Virus record (IMG/VR): IMGVR_UViG_3300031215_000009
Location: 17,442-81,441 of that record
DNA length: 64,000 nt
Direction: 5' to 3' (one strand)
Origin: a virus
A model generated the notes under the pieces. That model was given only the letters and a program-made list of their open reading frames with translations. It searched no databases and was not told the DNA's origin. The translations under genes and the position numbers were made by a program. Position 1 is the first letter of the stretch, and each line of letters starts with the position of its first letter. This document shows positions 1 to 9,076 of this stretch, piece by piece.

Positions 1-16
1 AAATACGATATATATC

Positions 17-205
17 ATGTTTGAAAACCCCAGAAAAAACCCTAATATTAAACAAGGTGATAGATTATTAATTGATTTTGACCAAATCAAAGCACCTAAA
101 ACTAATAAAAATGATATTAATATAGAAAGAGAAAAACTAAAAGAGGATATTAAAAAACCTACGATTAGAATTAACCCACCTAAAAAAGGTAAAAGTTTAT
201 TTTAA
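17..205 (+). CDS. hypothetical protein ending in KGKSLF (possible clamp-binding tail)
   Basis: 62-aa ORF abutting the next gene; C-terminal K-x-x-L-F like PolB fragment 3. Confidence 0.5.
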   Translation: MFENPRKNPNIKQGDRLLIDFDQIKAPKTNKNDINIEREKLKEDIKKPTIRINPPKKGKSLF

Positions 206-679
206 ATGAATGAAGAAAACGAAGAACTAAAACAAACTGAATTATCAACGTCTGATAAATTAGATGTTGCGTTTGAAAAAGAACGCAAAGAAATATCTGC
301 ATATATTAAAGAAAATATTACAGATAAAATGCATAGTATTGATGAAATAGCAAATCTTCAAGTTCATTTGTTATCTCAACGACAACGATTGGTTGATAAG
401 ACTAATAGTTTAAGAGCCTCTATTAGAAAGAAAAACAAAAGTATGGCAAGGATTAGGAAACAAAAATTTCGTTTCTATAAACTCGACTATGACGTTAAAT
501 TAAATGATTATGAAATAACAAGACATATTGATGCAGATGTAGAGGATGTAGTAAATATGGTTAAAATATTAGAAAATCAAATATTATACTACAAAGATAC
601 AACCGACACGTTAGACAAATGTACTTATATGATTAAGTACTTAATAGACGTTAAAAAGTTTATGTCAGGTAGTTTTTAA
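206..679 (+). CDS. uvsY: UvsY-like recombination mediator
   Basis: Helical protein with HIDADVE and C-terminal YMIKYLIDVKKFMSG resembling T4 UvsY; directly upstream of uvsW. Confidence 0.75.
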   Translation: MNEENEELKQTELSTSDKLDVAFEKERKEISAYIKENITDKMHSIDEIANLQVHLLSQRQRLVDKTNSLRASIRKKNKSMARIRKQKFRFYKLDYDVKLNDYEITRHIDADVEDVVNMVKILENQILYYKDTTDTLDKCTYMIKYLIDVKKFMSGSF

Positions 680-729
680 CACTATTAAATACCTTATAAA
701 CACTATAAACACTATAAATACAAGTACTC

Positions 730-1749
730 ATGAAATTCGAGACAACTCACTCGGGTAAAATATTAACTTTAGTTGACGCTTCTGTTTTAGAAAGAAAGCA
801 ATTAAGTTTATCTTTAACCAAAAAATTAGAATATTACAATTTCTTACCTCCAGCAGTTAAGAAAAGATGGAATGGAATTGTATCTTATTTCCACAAGGAT
901 AGATTTGTCCCTGTTGGTTTGTGGCAAGAATTAAAGTACATTGCAGAAACTTTCAAATTCCCATTAGAAATAACAGGACTTGGAGAAGCAATATTCTACA
1001 AAGATGTAACAAGAGATGAATTTCAAGATTGGGTAGATGATAAGTTTTTCGGTGCCGTTAATTCTAAAGGTGATGATTTTATTCCAAGAAAATATCAAGT
1101 TGATACTGCATACGCAATCTTAACTAATAAAATATCAGTTAGTGAATTAACAACAGCTGCAGGGAAATCTTTGATTATCTTTATTTGTATTGTTTATTTT
1201 CAAGAAACTGGTTTAGGAAAGAAATTCTTAATGATTGTACCATCTATTGATTTAGTAATACAAGCTTATGAAGATTTTAATGAATATAATAGTTTTTTAT
1301 TAGAAGATAATAGATTTCCATTGAATATCAAACAAATTCATGGGGGAGAAAAGAAAGACTTTATTGCATCACAAAATATACATGTTAGTACGTTTCAATC
1401 ACTTGCTAAATTTCAAAATCAATACTTCACTGTATTTGATACTGTTATTGTTGATGAGTGTTTACACCCAGACAGTTTAATCAAGATGGGAGATAATACA
1501 ACAAAGAAAATATCAGATGTAGTAATAGGAGATGAAGTTTGGACTACTAATGATATTACAGGAGATTTGGAAATTAATAAAGTAGATTATATTTATAAAA
1601 ATCTTTCAAGTCACGAACACTTATATGAATTGGAATTAGAGGATGGTTCGATATTAGAACTAACAGGAAATCACAAAGTAAAACTTTCTGATAAATCTTA
1701 TAAGAGAGTTGATGAATTGACAGGAAGTGAAGATATAATAACTTATTAA
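730..1749 (+). CDS. uvsW: UvsW SF2 helicase fragment 1 fused to split intein N-part (IntN 1459..1746, 96 aa)
   Basis: PRKYQ Q-motif, TAAGKS Walker A, VIVDE followed by CLHPDS (intein block A) and LTGNH (block B). Confidence 0.93.
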   Translation: MKFETTHSGKILTLVDASVLERKQLSLSLTKKLEYYNFLPPAVKKRWNGIVSYFHKDRFVPVGLWQELKYIAETFKFPLEITGLGEAIFYKDVTRDEFQDWVDDKFFGAVNSKGDDFIPRKYQVDTAYAILTNKISVSELTTAAGKSLIIFICIVYFQETGLGKKFLMIVPSIDLVIQAYEDFNEYNSFLLEDNRFPLNIKQIHGGEKKDFIASQNIHVSTFQSLAKFQNQYFTVFDTVIVDECLHPDSLIKMGDNTTKKISDVVIGDEVWTTNDITGDLEINKVDYIYKNLSSHEHLYELELEDGSILELTGNHKVKLSDKSYKRVDELTGSEDIITY

Positions 1750-1753
1750 ATAA

Positions 1754-2032
1754 CCTATAAAAAGTTTACAAGAAATTATAAATGAACAAACAGAAGCTAT
1801 TCATCAAGATACTGGGATAGAAGAAGGACAACGCAAAGATGTTGATGAAAAAGTAGAAAAGAAGAATCAACAGAATATAGATAAGTTCAAAGGTTTAGAA
1901 GTTTACTTAAAAGAAAATGACTACAAATTCCATTTAATAGATGAAGACTATTTTAGTGTTCAAGATTATTCTTCTTTGGAAAACCAACCAAATAAAAAAT
2001 TACTTAAAACCAGACTAAAAGCATTTATATGA
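1754..2032 (+). pseudogene. remnant of endonuclease gene between intein halves
   Basis: Open frame without ATG ending DKFKGLEVYLKENDYKFHLIDEDYF...KAFI*, like a PD-(D/E)XK/TnsA-type nuclease C-terminus; stop overlaps IntC ATG (ATGA). Confidence 0.5.
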
Positions 2033-2832
2033 AAATAAAGAAAATAACAAAAAAGAAATATAAAGGTGATGTTTATAATCTTAGAATAGATAGTGAAGAT
2101 GGAAACAATCATAATTACTTTGCTAACGATATTAATGTATCGAATTGTCATAGAACTAAGTCAAACACTATTAGAGAATGTATTAGTAAGTGTGTAAATG
2201 TAGAAAGACGTTTCGGATTAACAGGAACAACTCCAAAACAAGGTACTTTAGATAGTTTAACACTACAAGCATATCTTGGTCCCAAGGTAATAGAAGTTAA
2301 AGCAAAAGAATTACAAGACAAAGGAGATATTGCAGAAGTTGATATAGCAATTGTTGAATTGATTTACCCTGAAGAAATTCAAAAACGATTTGATGATATT
2401 AAAAAGAGTATGACAGGTGAAGACAAAGGAAAACTTCTTAAAATAGAACAAGATTTTATTATTAAGTACATTCCTAGAGTTGAATTAATTTCAAAAGTCA
2501 TTTCTAAAGTTCAAAAAAACCAATTAGTGTTGTTTCACAGACAAGCTTATGGTAAACAACTTAAAAAGTACTTAGAAGAAAATACAGATAAAGAAATATA
2601 TTTTATTTATGGTGAAACTAAGAAAGATGATAGAGCTGAGATTAAAAGATTGATGGAACATGATGTTATTGAAAAGGAAATAGATGCTTTTCGATTTGAT
2701 TCAGAAGGTAATAGTTATGAAATATCACACAATGAGTATATTAGATTAGTAAATGGTAAATCTATAAAGGTGTCAAATTTAAGTGAAAATGATGATATTG
2801 ATTTGAAAAGTATATCTAAATTTAAAGTTTGA
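2029..2832 (+). CDS. uvsW: UvsW fragment 2: IntC (39 aa, ends VSN) + helicase middle + degenerate half-Hint tail
   Basis: YNLRI..HNYFAN.INVSN|CH restores DECH motif II; GLTGT motif III; LVLFH motif IV; tail resembles second half of IntN. Confidence 0.92.
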   Translation: MKIKKITKKKYKGDVYNLRIDSEDGNNHNYFANDINVSNCHRTKSNTIRECISKCVNVERRFGLTGTTPKQGTLDSLTLQAYLGPKVIEVKAKELQDKGDIAEVDIAIVELIYPEEIQKRFDDIKKSMTGEDKGKLLKIEQDFIIKYIPRVELISKVISKVQKNQLVLFHRQAYGKQLKKYLEENTDKEIYFIYGETKKDDRAEIKRLMEHDVIEKEIDAFRFDSEGNSYEISHNEYIRLVNGKSIKVSNLSENDDIDLKSISKFKV

Positions 2833-2877
2833 ATCACAACTGGAGTAAATATATAAAATATATAAAATAGATATATT

Positions 2878-3819
2878 ATGAAAAATGATTTACTTAAATG
2901 TTTCCAAGAAAAACATGGAACTCCAGATAATGTAAATAAATTAAATGAATATGTTGATTTCCTCCTGACATATAAGTTAAATGAAACTGAATATACTGAA
3001 AATCATCATATATTAGATAGGGCATCATTCCCAGAATTTGAAAAAGAAGAATGGAATATTATAACATTAGACTATAAAGACCATATTAAAGTACATGAAA
3101 TGTTGTTTGAAGATTATAATATTAGAAGATACCAAAGAACTCTTACTTTCAAAGGAGTGAAAAAAGATTATAAGTTACTTTCTAATGCAGCAAAGAAAGG
3201 ATGGACTAAATTTAAAAACAACAAAGTAAAATATGATTTATTTTGTTTACGTAGAAGTGTAATAATGAAAACACTTTCGTCAGATGAACAATCAAGAAGG
3301 GGTAAATTATTTTGGGATAATTTATCAAGTGATGAATTAGAAAAATGGAAAATGAAATGTAATAAAGGTAGAACCAACGAATCAAAAATAAAACAAAAAG
3401 AATCAATTAATATTTATTATTCTAATCCTGATAATAGGGAAAAGAAATCTAAAGAAACAAAAGACTATTGGGATTCATTAAGTGAATCTAAAAGAAATGA
3501 TTTTAGAAAAAACATGAAATCTATAAATTCTAATGAAGATAAAAGAAAAGATGCAAGTGTAAAAATAAAAAATAAATGGCAAGACCCTGTTTTTCAAGAA
3601 AAAATGTCAAATAGAAAAACTAAACCAAAAAACAAATATGAATTGATATTTGAAGATGGTAATAAAGAAATAATAATTGGGTTTTCTGAAATGATAGAAA
3701 AATATAACTTAAATGCTACACTAATTAGAAAATTCTTAAATACGAAAACCAAAGTAGAATCTAAAAGTAAACGAGAACAAGCATTAAATACAATAGGATT
3801 AATAATAAACCAAATATAA
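2878..3819 (+). CDS. free-standing HNH homing endonuclease
   Basis: YTENHHIL..NIITL...HIKVH HNH motif followed by Lys-rich helical repeats; lies inside the fractured uvsW. Confidence 0.85.
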   Translation: MKNDLLKCFQEKHGTPDNVNKLNEYVDFLLTYKLNETEYTENHHILDRASFPEFEKEEWNIITLDYKDHIKVHEMLFEDYNIRRYQRTLTFKGVKKDYKLLSNAAKKGWTKFKNNKVKYDLFCLRRSVIMKTLSSDEQSRRGKLFWDNLSSDELEKWKMKCNKGRTNESKIKQKESINIYYSNPDNREKKSKETKDYWDSLSESKRNDFRKNMKSINSNEDKRKDASVKIKNKWQDPVFQEKMSNRKTKPKNKYELIFEDGNKEIIIGFSEMIEKYNLNATLIRKFLNTKTKVESKSKREQALNTIGLIINQI

Positions 3820-3820
3820 T

Positions 3821-4163
3821 ATGGCACAAATAACAAATTTAAAACACATAAAAAAGAAAGTAGAGGCTGCAAGAGTTCTTGTAGCCTCTTATTAGGTGCG
3901 GTACGTTATCGACAGGAATTAACATAAAAAATATCCATAATATTCACTTTACTGAATCGTTTAAATCAGATGTTATTGTAAGACAGTCTATTGGTAGAGG
4001 TTTAAGACAACATAAAGATAAAGATAAATTAAGAGTTTATGATTTTGTAGATTGTCTTAATACTGGAAAAGATAACATGTTAATGAATCATTCAAGAGTT
4101 AGACGAACAATCTACAAAGAACAACAATTTGATTATATTATCAAGAAAGTACATTTAATTTAA
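3821..4163 (+). CDS. uvsW: UvsW fragment 3 (motifs V-VI), interrupted by 7-nt insert TAGGTGC at 3893..3899
   Basis: MAQITNLKHIKKKVEAARVLVASY* then in +1 frame GTLSTGINIKNIH...VRQSIGRGLRQH...VYDFVD, matching UvsW VASYGxxSTG and QxIGR; missed by ORF track. Confidence 0.85.
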
Positions 4164-4167
4164 TAAT

Positions 4168-4203
4168 GGTCTCATAGAGTTAAATACTTTATGAGACCTT
4201 TTA
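4168..4203 (+). terminator. intrinsic terminator
   Basis: GGTCTCATAGAGT / ACTTTATGAGACC stem followed by T tract. Confidence 0.8.
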
Positions 4204-4253
4204 TTTTTTATAAAGTTTTTAATTACATTAAATAATTAAAAGAAATATAGTAA

Positions 4254-4601
4254 ATGAAGAGTTTAAATGAATTTTTAAAGGAAGAGGTATCTGATAAGTT
4301 AGAAGAAAGAACTGTTCAAGTTAAAAGAAAATATGGTATTCATGATTCTATCAAAGTTGGAGCAATTGCACCAGTTAGATTAAAAATATTAGGATTTATT
4401 GCAGAAAAAGGTCATTGTACTAAAGATGAATTAAAAGAATTTATAAATTCTAAAAATGAAGATTCAGGGACAAGAACTAATATGTCTTGGTTAAGAAAAA
4501 ATGCAAAATATATTACAGAATTTGAAAAAGATGGTTGTAGTTGTTGTAAACTTTCTAAACTTGGTAAAAGAGTTATAAACAAAACAAATATCAACGATTA
4601 A
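4254..4601 (+). CDS. hypothetical late protein (winged-helix-like, capsid-targeting-like N-terminus)
   Basis: MKSLNEFLKE start; ATTAAATA upstream. Confidence 0.65.
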   Translation: MKSLNEFLKEEVSDKLEERTVQVKRKYGIHDSIKVGAIAPVRLKILGFIAEKGHCTKDELKEFINSKNEDSGTRTNMSWLRKNAKYITEFEKDGCSCCKLSKLGKRVINKTNIND

Positions 4602-4667
4602 TAGTTTAATTCGCAATTAAATCTAATTAGGATTAAATATAGTAACTAAAAAATATAAACATAAAAA

Positions 4668-5261
4668 ATGAAAAATTTAACAGGATTTATAAACGAGGCT
4701 CAAAAGTCTAAAAAACAAAAAGAATATCAAGATTTCTTTGATAAGAAATTAGAAAAATATAATGTAAAATCACCTGCAGAACTTGATGATGCTGAAAAGA
4801 AAAAATTCTTTAATGAAATAGATAAAGAATGGACAGGTGAAGCTACAAACGAAAAGAAAGTAGAAGAAGATTTCGATTCTGAAGATGATGAAGATTCTGA
4901 AGACTTGAAAGATAAGAAAGATAAAGACGATAAGAAAGACAAAAAAGAAGAAGATGAGGATGATGAAGAAGATGAGGATGATGAAGAAGATGAAGATGAT
5001 GAAGAGGATGATGAAGAAGATGAAGATGAAGAAGAAGATGAGGAAAAAGTTGATGAAAGTTTAATAACAGAAAAAGAATCTAAATTTGCTAAAAAATTCA
5101 AAGGGTTAGTAGATAGTAAAGATATTGCAGGAATTAGAAACGGTGTAAAAAACGTTTTCGCTGATTTAGCAGAAGAAGGAGCAGCTAATGAAGATATTAG
5201 AGAATTTATTCAAATGTATGTTGATATTTCATTGGATCAAATCGAAGCATCTGTTGGATAA
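4668..5261 (+). CDS. acidic putative head core/internal protein
   Basis: MKNLTGFINEA start, long D/E tract, late-promoter motif upstream. Confidence 0.65.
   Translation: MKNLTGFINEAQKSKKQKEYQDFFDKKLEKYNVKSPAELDDAEKKKFFNEIDKEWTGEATNEKKVEEDFDSEDDEDSEDLKDKKDKDDKKDKKEEDEDDEEDEDDEEDEDDEEDDEEDEDEEEDEEKVDESLITEKESKFAKKFKGLVDSKDIAGIRNGVKNVFADLAEEGAANEDIREFIQMYVDISLDQIEASVG
4947..5043 (+). repeat. low-complexity GAR/GAY repeat encoding EEDEDD units
   Basis: tandem gaagaagatgaggatgat-like units. Confidence 0.8.
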
Positions 5262-5290
5262 GTATAATAAAACACAACAAAACACATTAA

Positions 5291-5320
5291 AAAAGGAATC
5301 TCAAAAGGATTCCTTTTTTT
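5291..5320 (+). terminator. intrinsic terminator
   Basis: AAAAGGAATC-TCAAAAG-GATTCCTTTT + T tract. Confidence 0.85.
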
Positions 5321-5322
5321 AT

Positions 5323-5350
5323 TGATTAAATATTAAAACTTAGAATTACT
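5323..5350 (+). repeat. 28-bp direct repeat copy 1 (late promoter + leader)
   Basis: TGATTAAATATTAAAACTTAGAATTACT identical at 9046..9073. Confidence 0.9.
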
Positions 5351-5354
5351 ATAC

Positions 5355-6632
5355 ATGGCAAATTGTAACATTATAACTTTAAAAGGAACATCTTCGATTT
5401 CAAATGATAGAATCATTATAAATGAAAATTTTAAAAACCTTATTGGGTGTTTAAAAGAACTACAATCTTTAGTAGATTCTGGAAATATAGATATTAATAG
5501 TAATTCTGTTAGTAATGATTCGAATGTTCCTGGTAATACTGTTACCAATGCACTAAATAATTTATTATCTTCAATGTCAACAAGTAATTCAGTTACTTTA
5601 GTTGATTTACTTGATGATTTACCATATATTGGTAGTAGTGGTGATTTATGTTTTGTTAGAGATATAACTGCAAAAACAACACCTATAAGTGCATTATATA
5701 TTTATGATACAGAATGGAAACAATTAATTAGGGAAGATTCAAATACGTACATAACAGATTTGAATGATGCTATCGAATCACCGGGTCTAAATATAATAGG
5801 AGCAACCGTCGCAGATATAAAAGGTAAAACATTCTCAGATTTCATTGATATTTACGTGTTTCCAACTGTAGCAGCATCAATATCAGCAAACGAATCTGCT
5901 AATATAGTTTATGCTGGTGCATCTTCAACTGTTGAAGTAGGTACCACACTAGATGTTACATTAACTGCAACATTTAATAGAGGTTCTATACAAAATGGTG
6001 ATGGTAGTTCAGGTCCATTATTAGTAGGTTTACCAAATCAATATGAATTTTCTGGACCTGGTATTTCGGTTCCTGTTGTAATTACATCAACAAATTTATC
6101 TGAAATATTAACAACTGCAAATACTGGAATGTCAACAGTATTAGCGATTTTCGGTTCACAAAATTGGGGAATTGATATTGATTATGATGCTGGAAGTGGT
6201 ACTTATTTAGATTCTAAAGGAAATGTTGCTAATAATCTTGATGGTAGTAGAGTATCTGGAAATGATACAGATGATACACCAAATATTACAGGTAGATATT
6301 ATGTATTTTATGATACTGGTTCAATAGTATCAAATTCAGCACAAGTTAGAAATTCATCAGGAAAAGTATTTTTATCTGCATCTAATACTGGTTCATTTAC
6401 TATAAATATACCATTAAATACAGCAGAAGTATATTTTTCAGTTCCTACTGGAAAATCAGTACAAGTAAATTACGTACAAAGTTCAAATGCAGACGTAACA
6501 GGGTCATTTGCTAGTTCAACATTTAATGTTGATGATGCTAGTGGTTCTGCAGTATCTTATGATACTTGGCGTTCTACTATTGGTGGTGGAGGTTATCCTG
6601 CAAATGCAACATATAACGTAGTAATAAGTTAA
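5355..6632 (+). CDS. putative virion structural protein (fibre/Ig-like, beta-rich)
   Basis: S/T/G/N-rich beta-strand composition; late promoter upstream. Confidence 0.6.
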   Translation: MANCNIITLKGTSSISNDRIIINENFKNLIGCLKELQSLVDSGNIDINSNSVSNDSNVPGNTVTNALNNLLSSMSTSNSVTLVDLLDDLPYIGSSGDLCFVRDITAKTTPISALYIYDTEWKQLIREDSNTYITDLNDAIESPGLNIIGATVADIKGKTFSDFIDIYVFPTVAASISANESANIVYAGASSTVEVGTTLDVTLTATFNRGSIQNGDGSSGPLLVGLPNQYEFSGPGISVPVVITSTNLSEILTTANTGMSTVLAIFGSQNWGIDIDYDAGSGTYLDSKGNVANNLDGSRVSGNDTDDTPNITGRYYVFYDTGSIVSNSAQVRNSSGKVFLSASNTGSFTINIPLNTAEVYFSVPTGKSVQVNYVQSSNADVTGSFASSTFNVDDASGSAVSYDTWRSTIGGGGYPANATYNVVIS

Positions 6633-6646
6633 AAATAAAACAATAA

Positions 6647-8302
6647 ATGAGTTTTTTCAATTTACCCTTTCCTATCAGAATTGCGGGTGCTGACCCAGTT
6701 GATGGAGAAAGATACTTAGCAGCAGATTTAACAGAAAGAAATGATTTAATAGGTTCAGGAAGAGAATATGATGGTTTACAAGTATTTGTAGAATCTGAAA
6801 AACTATTATATATTTTAGAAGATAAAACGATTCCAACTTGGACAGTTATCGGTTCAGGTGGTTCTATTGACTTACCTTTAAAGTATTATTGGATAGTTGA
6901 CCCAATAAATGGTGATGATTCAACGGGAGAAAAAGGTAATATATTAAAACCACATGCTACAATAGCAGGGGCGGAATTAGGAGCAACTTCTGGTGATACT
7001 ATAAAAATAGTTTCTGATATTGTTGAAGCAAATTGTGGTAAAGATGGATTAACTTATATATTTGACGAAAATGTTCAAATGTATTGGCCAAGCACTAATG
7101 CTAACATTACAGGACAAAACTGGAATGCTCTTTTTACAGATTATGGTGCTACTGGAACAGAAGTTATGTCATATACTATAATAGGTGGTAAGTTTCTTGC
7201 AGGTAGTTATTGGTATGGTAATTGGCGAAGAAGTGTAGTACGATTAAATGCTGCATCTAGTGTGAAAATGATTGCAGCAGAAACTATTGGGATGGAACAA
7301 AATGATGGGTGGATATTTCACATGGTTGGTGACAATTCAAGAATTGATGTTACTTGTAGTGGAGATATAACAAATTCTTATGAAGTATTAAGAATTAATG
7401 GAAATAATGTTACTGCTAATATACATACACAATCTAGTATAGTGCCTATTGAAAATTCTGGAATTGTTATTGTTAGAACTAGTGCTGTATCTAATTATCA
7501 TGTAGTGATTACCGCAGAAATAAATATGTCAACAAGAGGTCATGATATTGGTGTAGAACGTAGACCATTTCATTTGCGTGGTTCTACTAATAGTACAAAA
7601 AAGAGTACAGTTGTTATAAACACTCCAGTATTTGATTATTATGATAATTATCCTAATACTGCAGGTGACGAATACGGTTTAGTTACTTTAGTTGAAACTG
7701 GCGTTAATATATATGTAGCATTTAATGCAGATATAGTTAAAATTCATCATGACGTTTCAATACCTGGAGGTTATTATCAAGGTGGTAGAGCAGGTTTATA
7801 TAGTTCTTCAGGTGGTCAAAACTTTACATTCGCACATATAGATTTTAATATTAGACTATTACTTTTAGGGATTAATCACAATCTAGATTATTGTAGAAAT
7901 ACAACAGCTGCTGCAAAACCTAAAACTCTCATTAATCTTATAGATTGTACTATTGTTTCATATACTGATAACGCAGATACATATAATGATTGGAGAACTA
8001 ATTCAAACAGAGATAACACTGTATTAATTCCTACTATGTACACAAATTACGTTTTTAAAGGTGACACTGTTGTTGTTATGAATCCAGTAGGTGCAACTGC
8101 AGGTAAAAAAGTAATAGGAAGTTACGATAATGTTAATGATGGTGCATTTATAATGGGTGAATTTGTATCTAATGCTGATATTAAAAATACAACTTTCGAG
8201 GATTTATATACTGGAACAGATTATGCAACTGGTATACCTAAAATGAAACTATTAAATAACAATATATTAACAGACTACACAAATTATGAAAATATAATAT
8301 AA
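6647..8302 (+). CDS. putative tail fibre/spike with beta-helix (depolymerase-like) domain
   Basis: WIVDPINGDDSTG...PHATIAGA motif typical of beta-helix start; N-terminal anchor-like segment. Confidence 0.6.
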   Translation: MSFFNLPFPIRIAGADPVDGERYLAADLTERNDLIGSGREYDGLQVFVESEKLLYILEDKTIPTWTVIGSGGSIDLPLKYYWIVDPINGDDSTGEKGNILKPHATIAGAELGATSGDTIKIVSDIVEANCGKDGLTYIFDENVQMYWPSTNANITGQNWNALFTDYGATGTEVMSYTIIGGKFLAGSYWYGNWRRSVVRLNAASSVKMIAAETIGMEQNDGWIFHMVGDNSRIDVTCSGDITNSYEVLRINGNNVTANIHTQSSIVPIENSGIVIVRTSAVSNYHVVITAEINMSTRGHDIGVERRPFHLRGSTNSTKKSTVVINTPVFDYYDNYPNTAGDEYGLVTLVETGVNIYVAFNADIVKIHHDVSIPGGYYQGGRAGLYSSSGGQNFTFAHIDFNIRLLLLGINHNLDYCRNTTAAAKPKTLINLIDCTIVSYTDNADTYNDWRTNSNRDNTVLIPTMYTNYVFKGDTVVVMNPVGATAGKKVIGSYDNVNDGAFIMGEFVSNADIKNTTFEDLYTGTDYATGIPKMKLLNNNILTDYTNYENII

Positions 8303-8307
8303 TAGAT

Positions 8308-8541
8308 ATGAAAACTTATAACACAAAGAAAATAAACTTATTTTTCACTTTTGATAGTGAAGGAAATGTAATAGAAGGTAGTAAATTTGTTGGTGTTACT
8401 TATCTTGATGAAGATGGACAAAGATTTGAACCAGAAGGTAAACGTTCTAGTTTAGCAGTTCAATATGAACAAATGACAATAGAACAAAAAGAAGCATTTG
8501 ATACATTAATAGAATCTTATGTGAATCTTAAAGACCAATAA
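8308..8541 (+). CDS. small hypothetical protein (possible fibre chaperone)
   Basis: 77-aa ORF directly after fibre-like gene. Confidence 0.55.
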   Translation: MKTYNTKKINLFFTFDSEGNVIEGSKFVGVTYLDEDGQRFEPEGKRSSLAVQYEQMTIEQKEAFDTLIESYVNLKDQ

Positions 8542-8555
8542 AAATATATAGCATT

Positions 8556-9032
8556 ATGCAAAATATTAATCAATTAAAAACATTATTTAAGGTAAAAGAT
8601 TTATATTCTTTTACTTTATATCCTAATTTAAAAGAAGAGGTTATAATAAATGCTTTATTAAAAGATATTAAAGATTATGATTTACCAAAGGAAGTTTTTA
8701 ATTTATTATTAGAAGCTTGGAATAGTAGATTTTGGGTAACTCATGGGTATGATGGAGCAACTATAATAAAAAATAAGAAGCATCCAGCAATTGCAAATTT
8801 CTTGCATGATTATATGTGGAGATTTGGAATGGGTGGATATAAAAGTGATTTTATATATAAAAAATTATTACCAATAACAGGATATAAAAATACAACAGCT
8901 TTAAAAAGATTTTACATAATAAGATTAGCTTGGTTATTTCATTATAAATGGAAACATATATTTAAAGATAATAAATTACCTATTAGTATTAATGTTAATA
9001 ATTTGTACATAAAATTAAAAGAACACATTTAG
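8556..9032 (+). CDS. DUF1353-like protein
   Basis: YDGAT...ANFLHDYMW...SDFIY motif pattern. Confidence 0.6.
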   Translation: MQNINQLKTLFKVKDLYSFTLYPNLKEEVIINALLKDIKDYDLPKEVFNLLLEAWNSRFWVTHGYDGATIIKNKKHPAIANFLHDYMWRFGMGGYKSDFIYKKLLPITGYKNTTALKRFYIIRLAWLFHYKWKHIFKDNKLPISINVNNLYIKLKEHI

Positions 9033-9045
9033 TGTTCTTTTTTTA

Positions 9046-9073
9046 TGATTAAATATTAAAACTTAGAATTACT
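9046..9073 (+). repeat. 28-bp direct repeat copy 2 (late promoter + leader)
   Basis: identical to 5323..5350; preceded by terminator hairpin AAAAGAACAC/GTGTTCTTTT. Confidence 0.9.
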
Positions 9074-9076
9074 TTT

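Noticed and set aside
3893-3895. TAG reassigned as a sense codon (alternative genetic code)
   Set aside because: TAG ends well-defined genes (24240, 29518, 31904, 33900, 54249), and readthrough here would not restore the frame
2833-3899. Group I intron around the HNH gene
   Set aside because: Only about 45 nt and 1 nt of non-coding sequence flank the HNH ORF; no P/Q/R/S core seen; both sides have their own stop and start
3896-3905. GTGCG as a group II intron 5' end
   Set aside because: The sequence continues directly as helicase coding sequence; no intron domains or RT are visible
4727-5101. Minus-strand poly-Ser ORF
   Set aside because: Antisense shadow of the Asp/Glu tract
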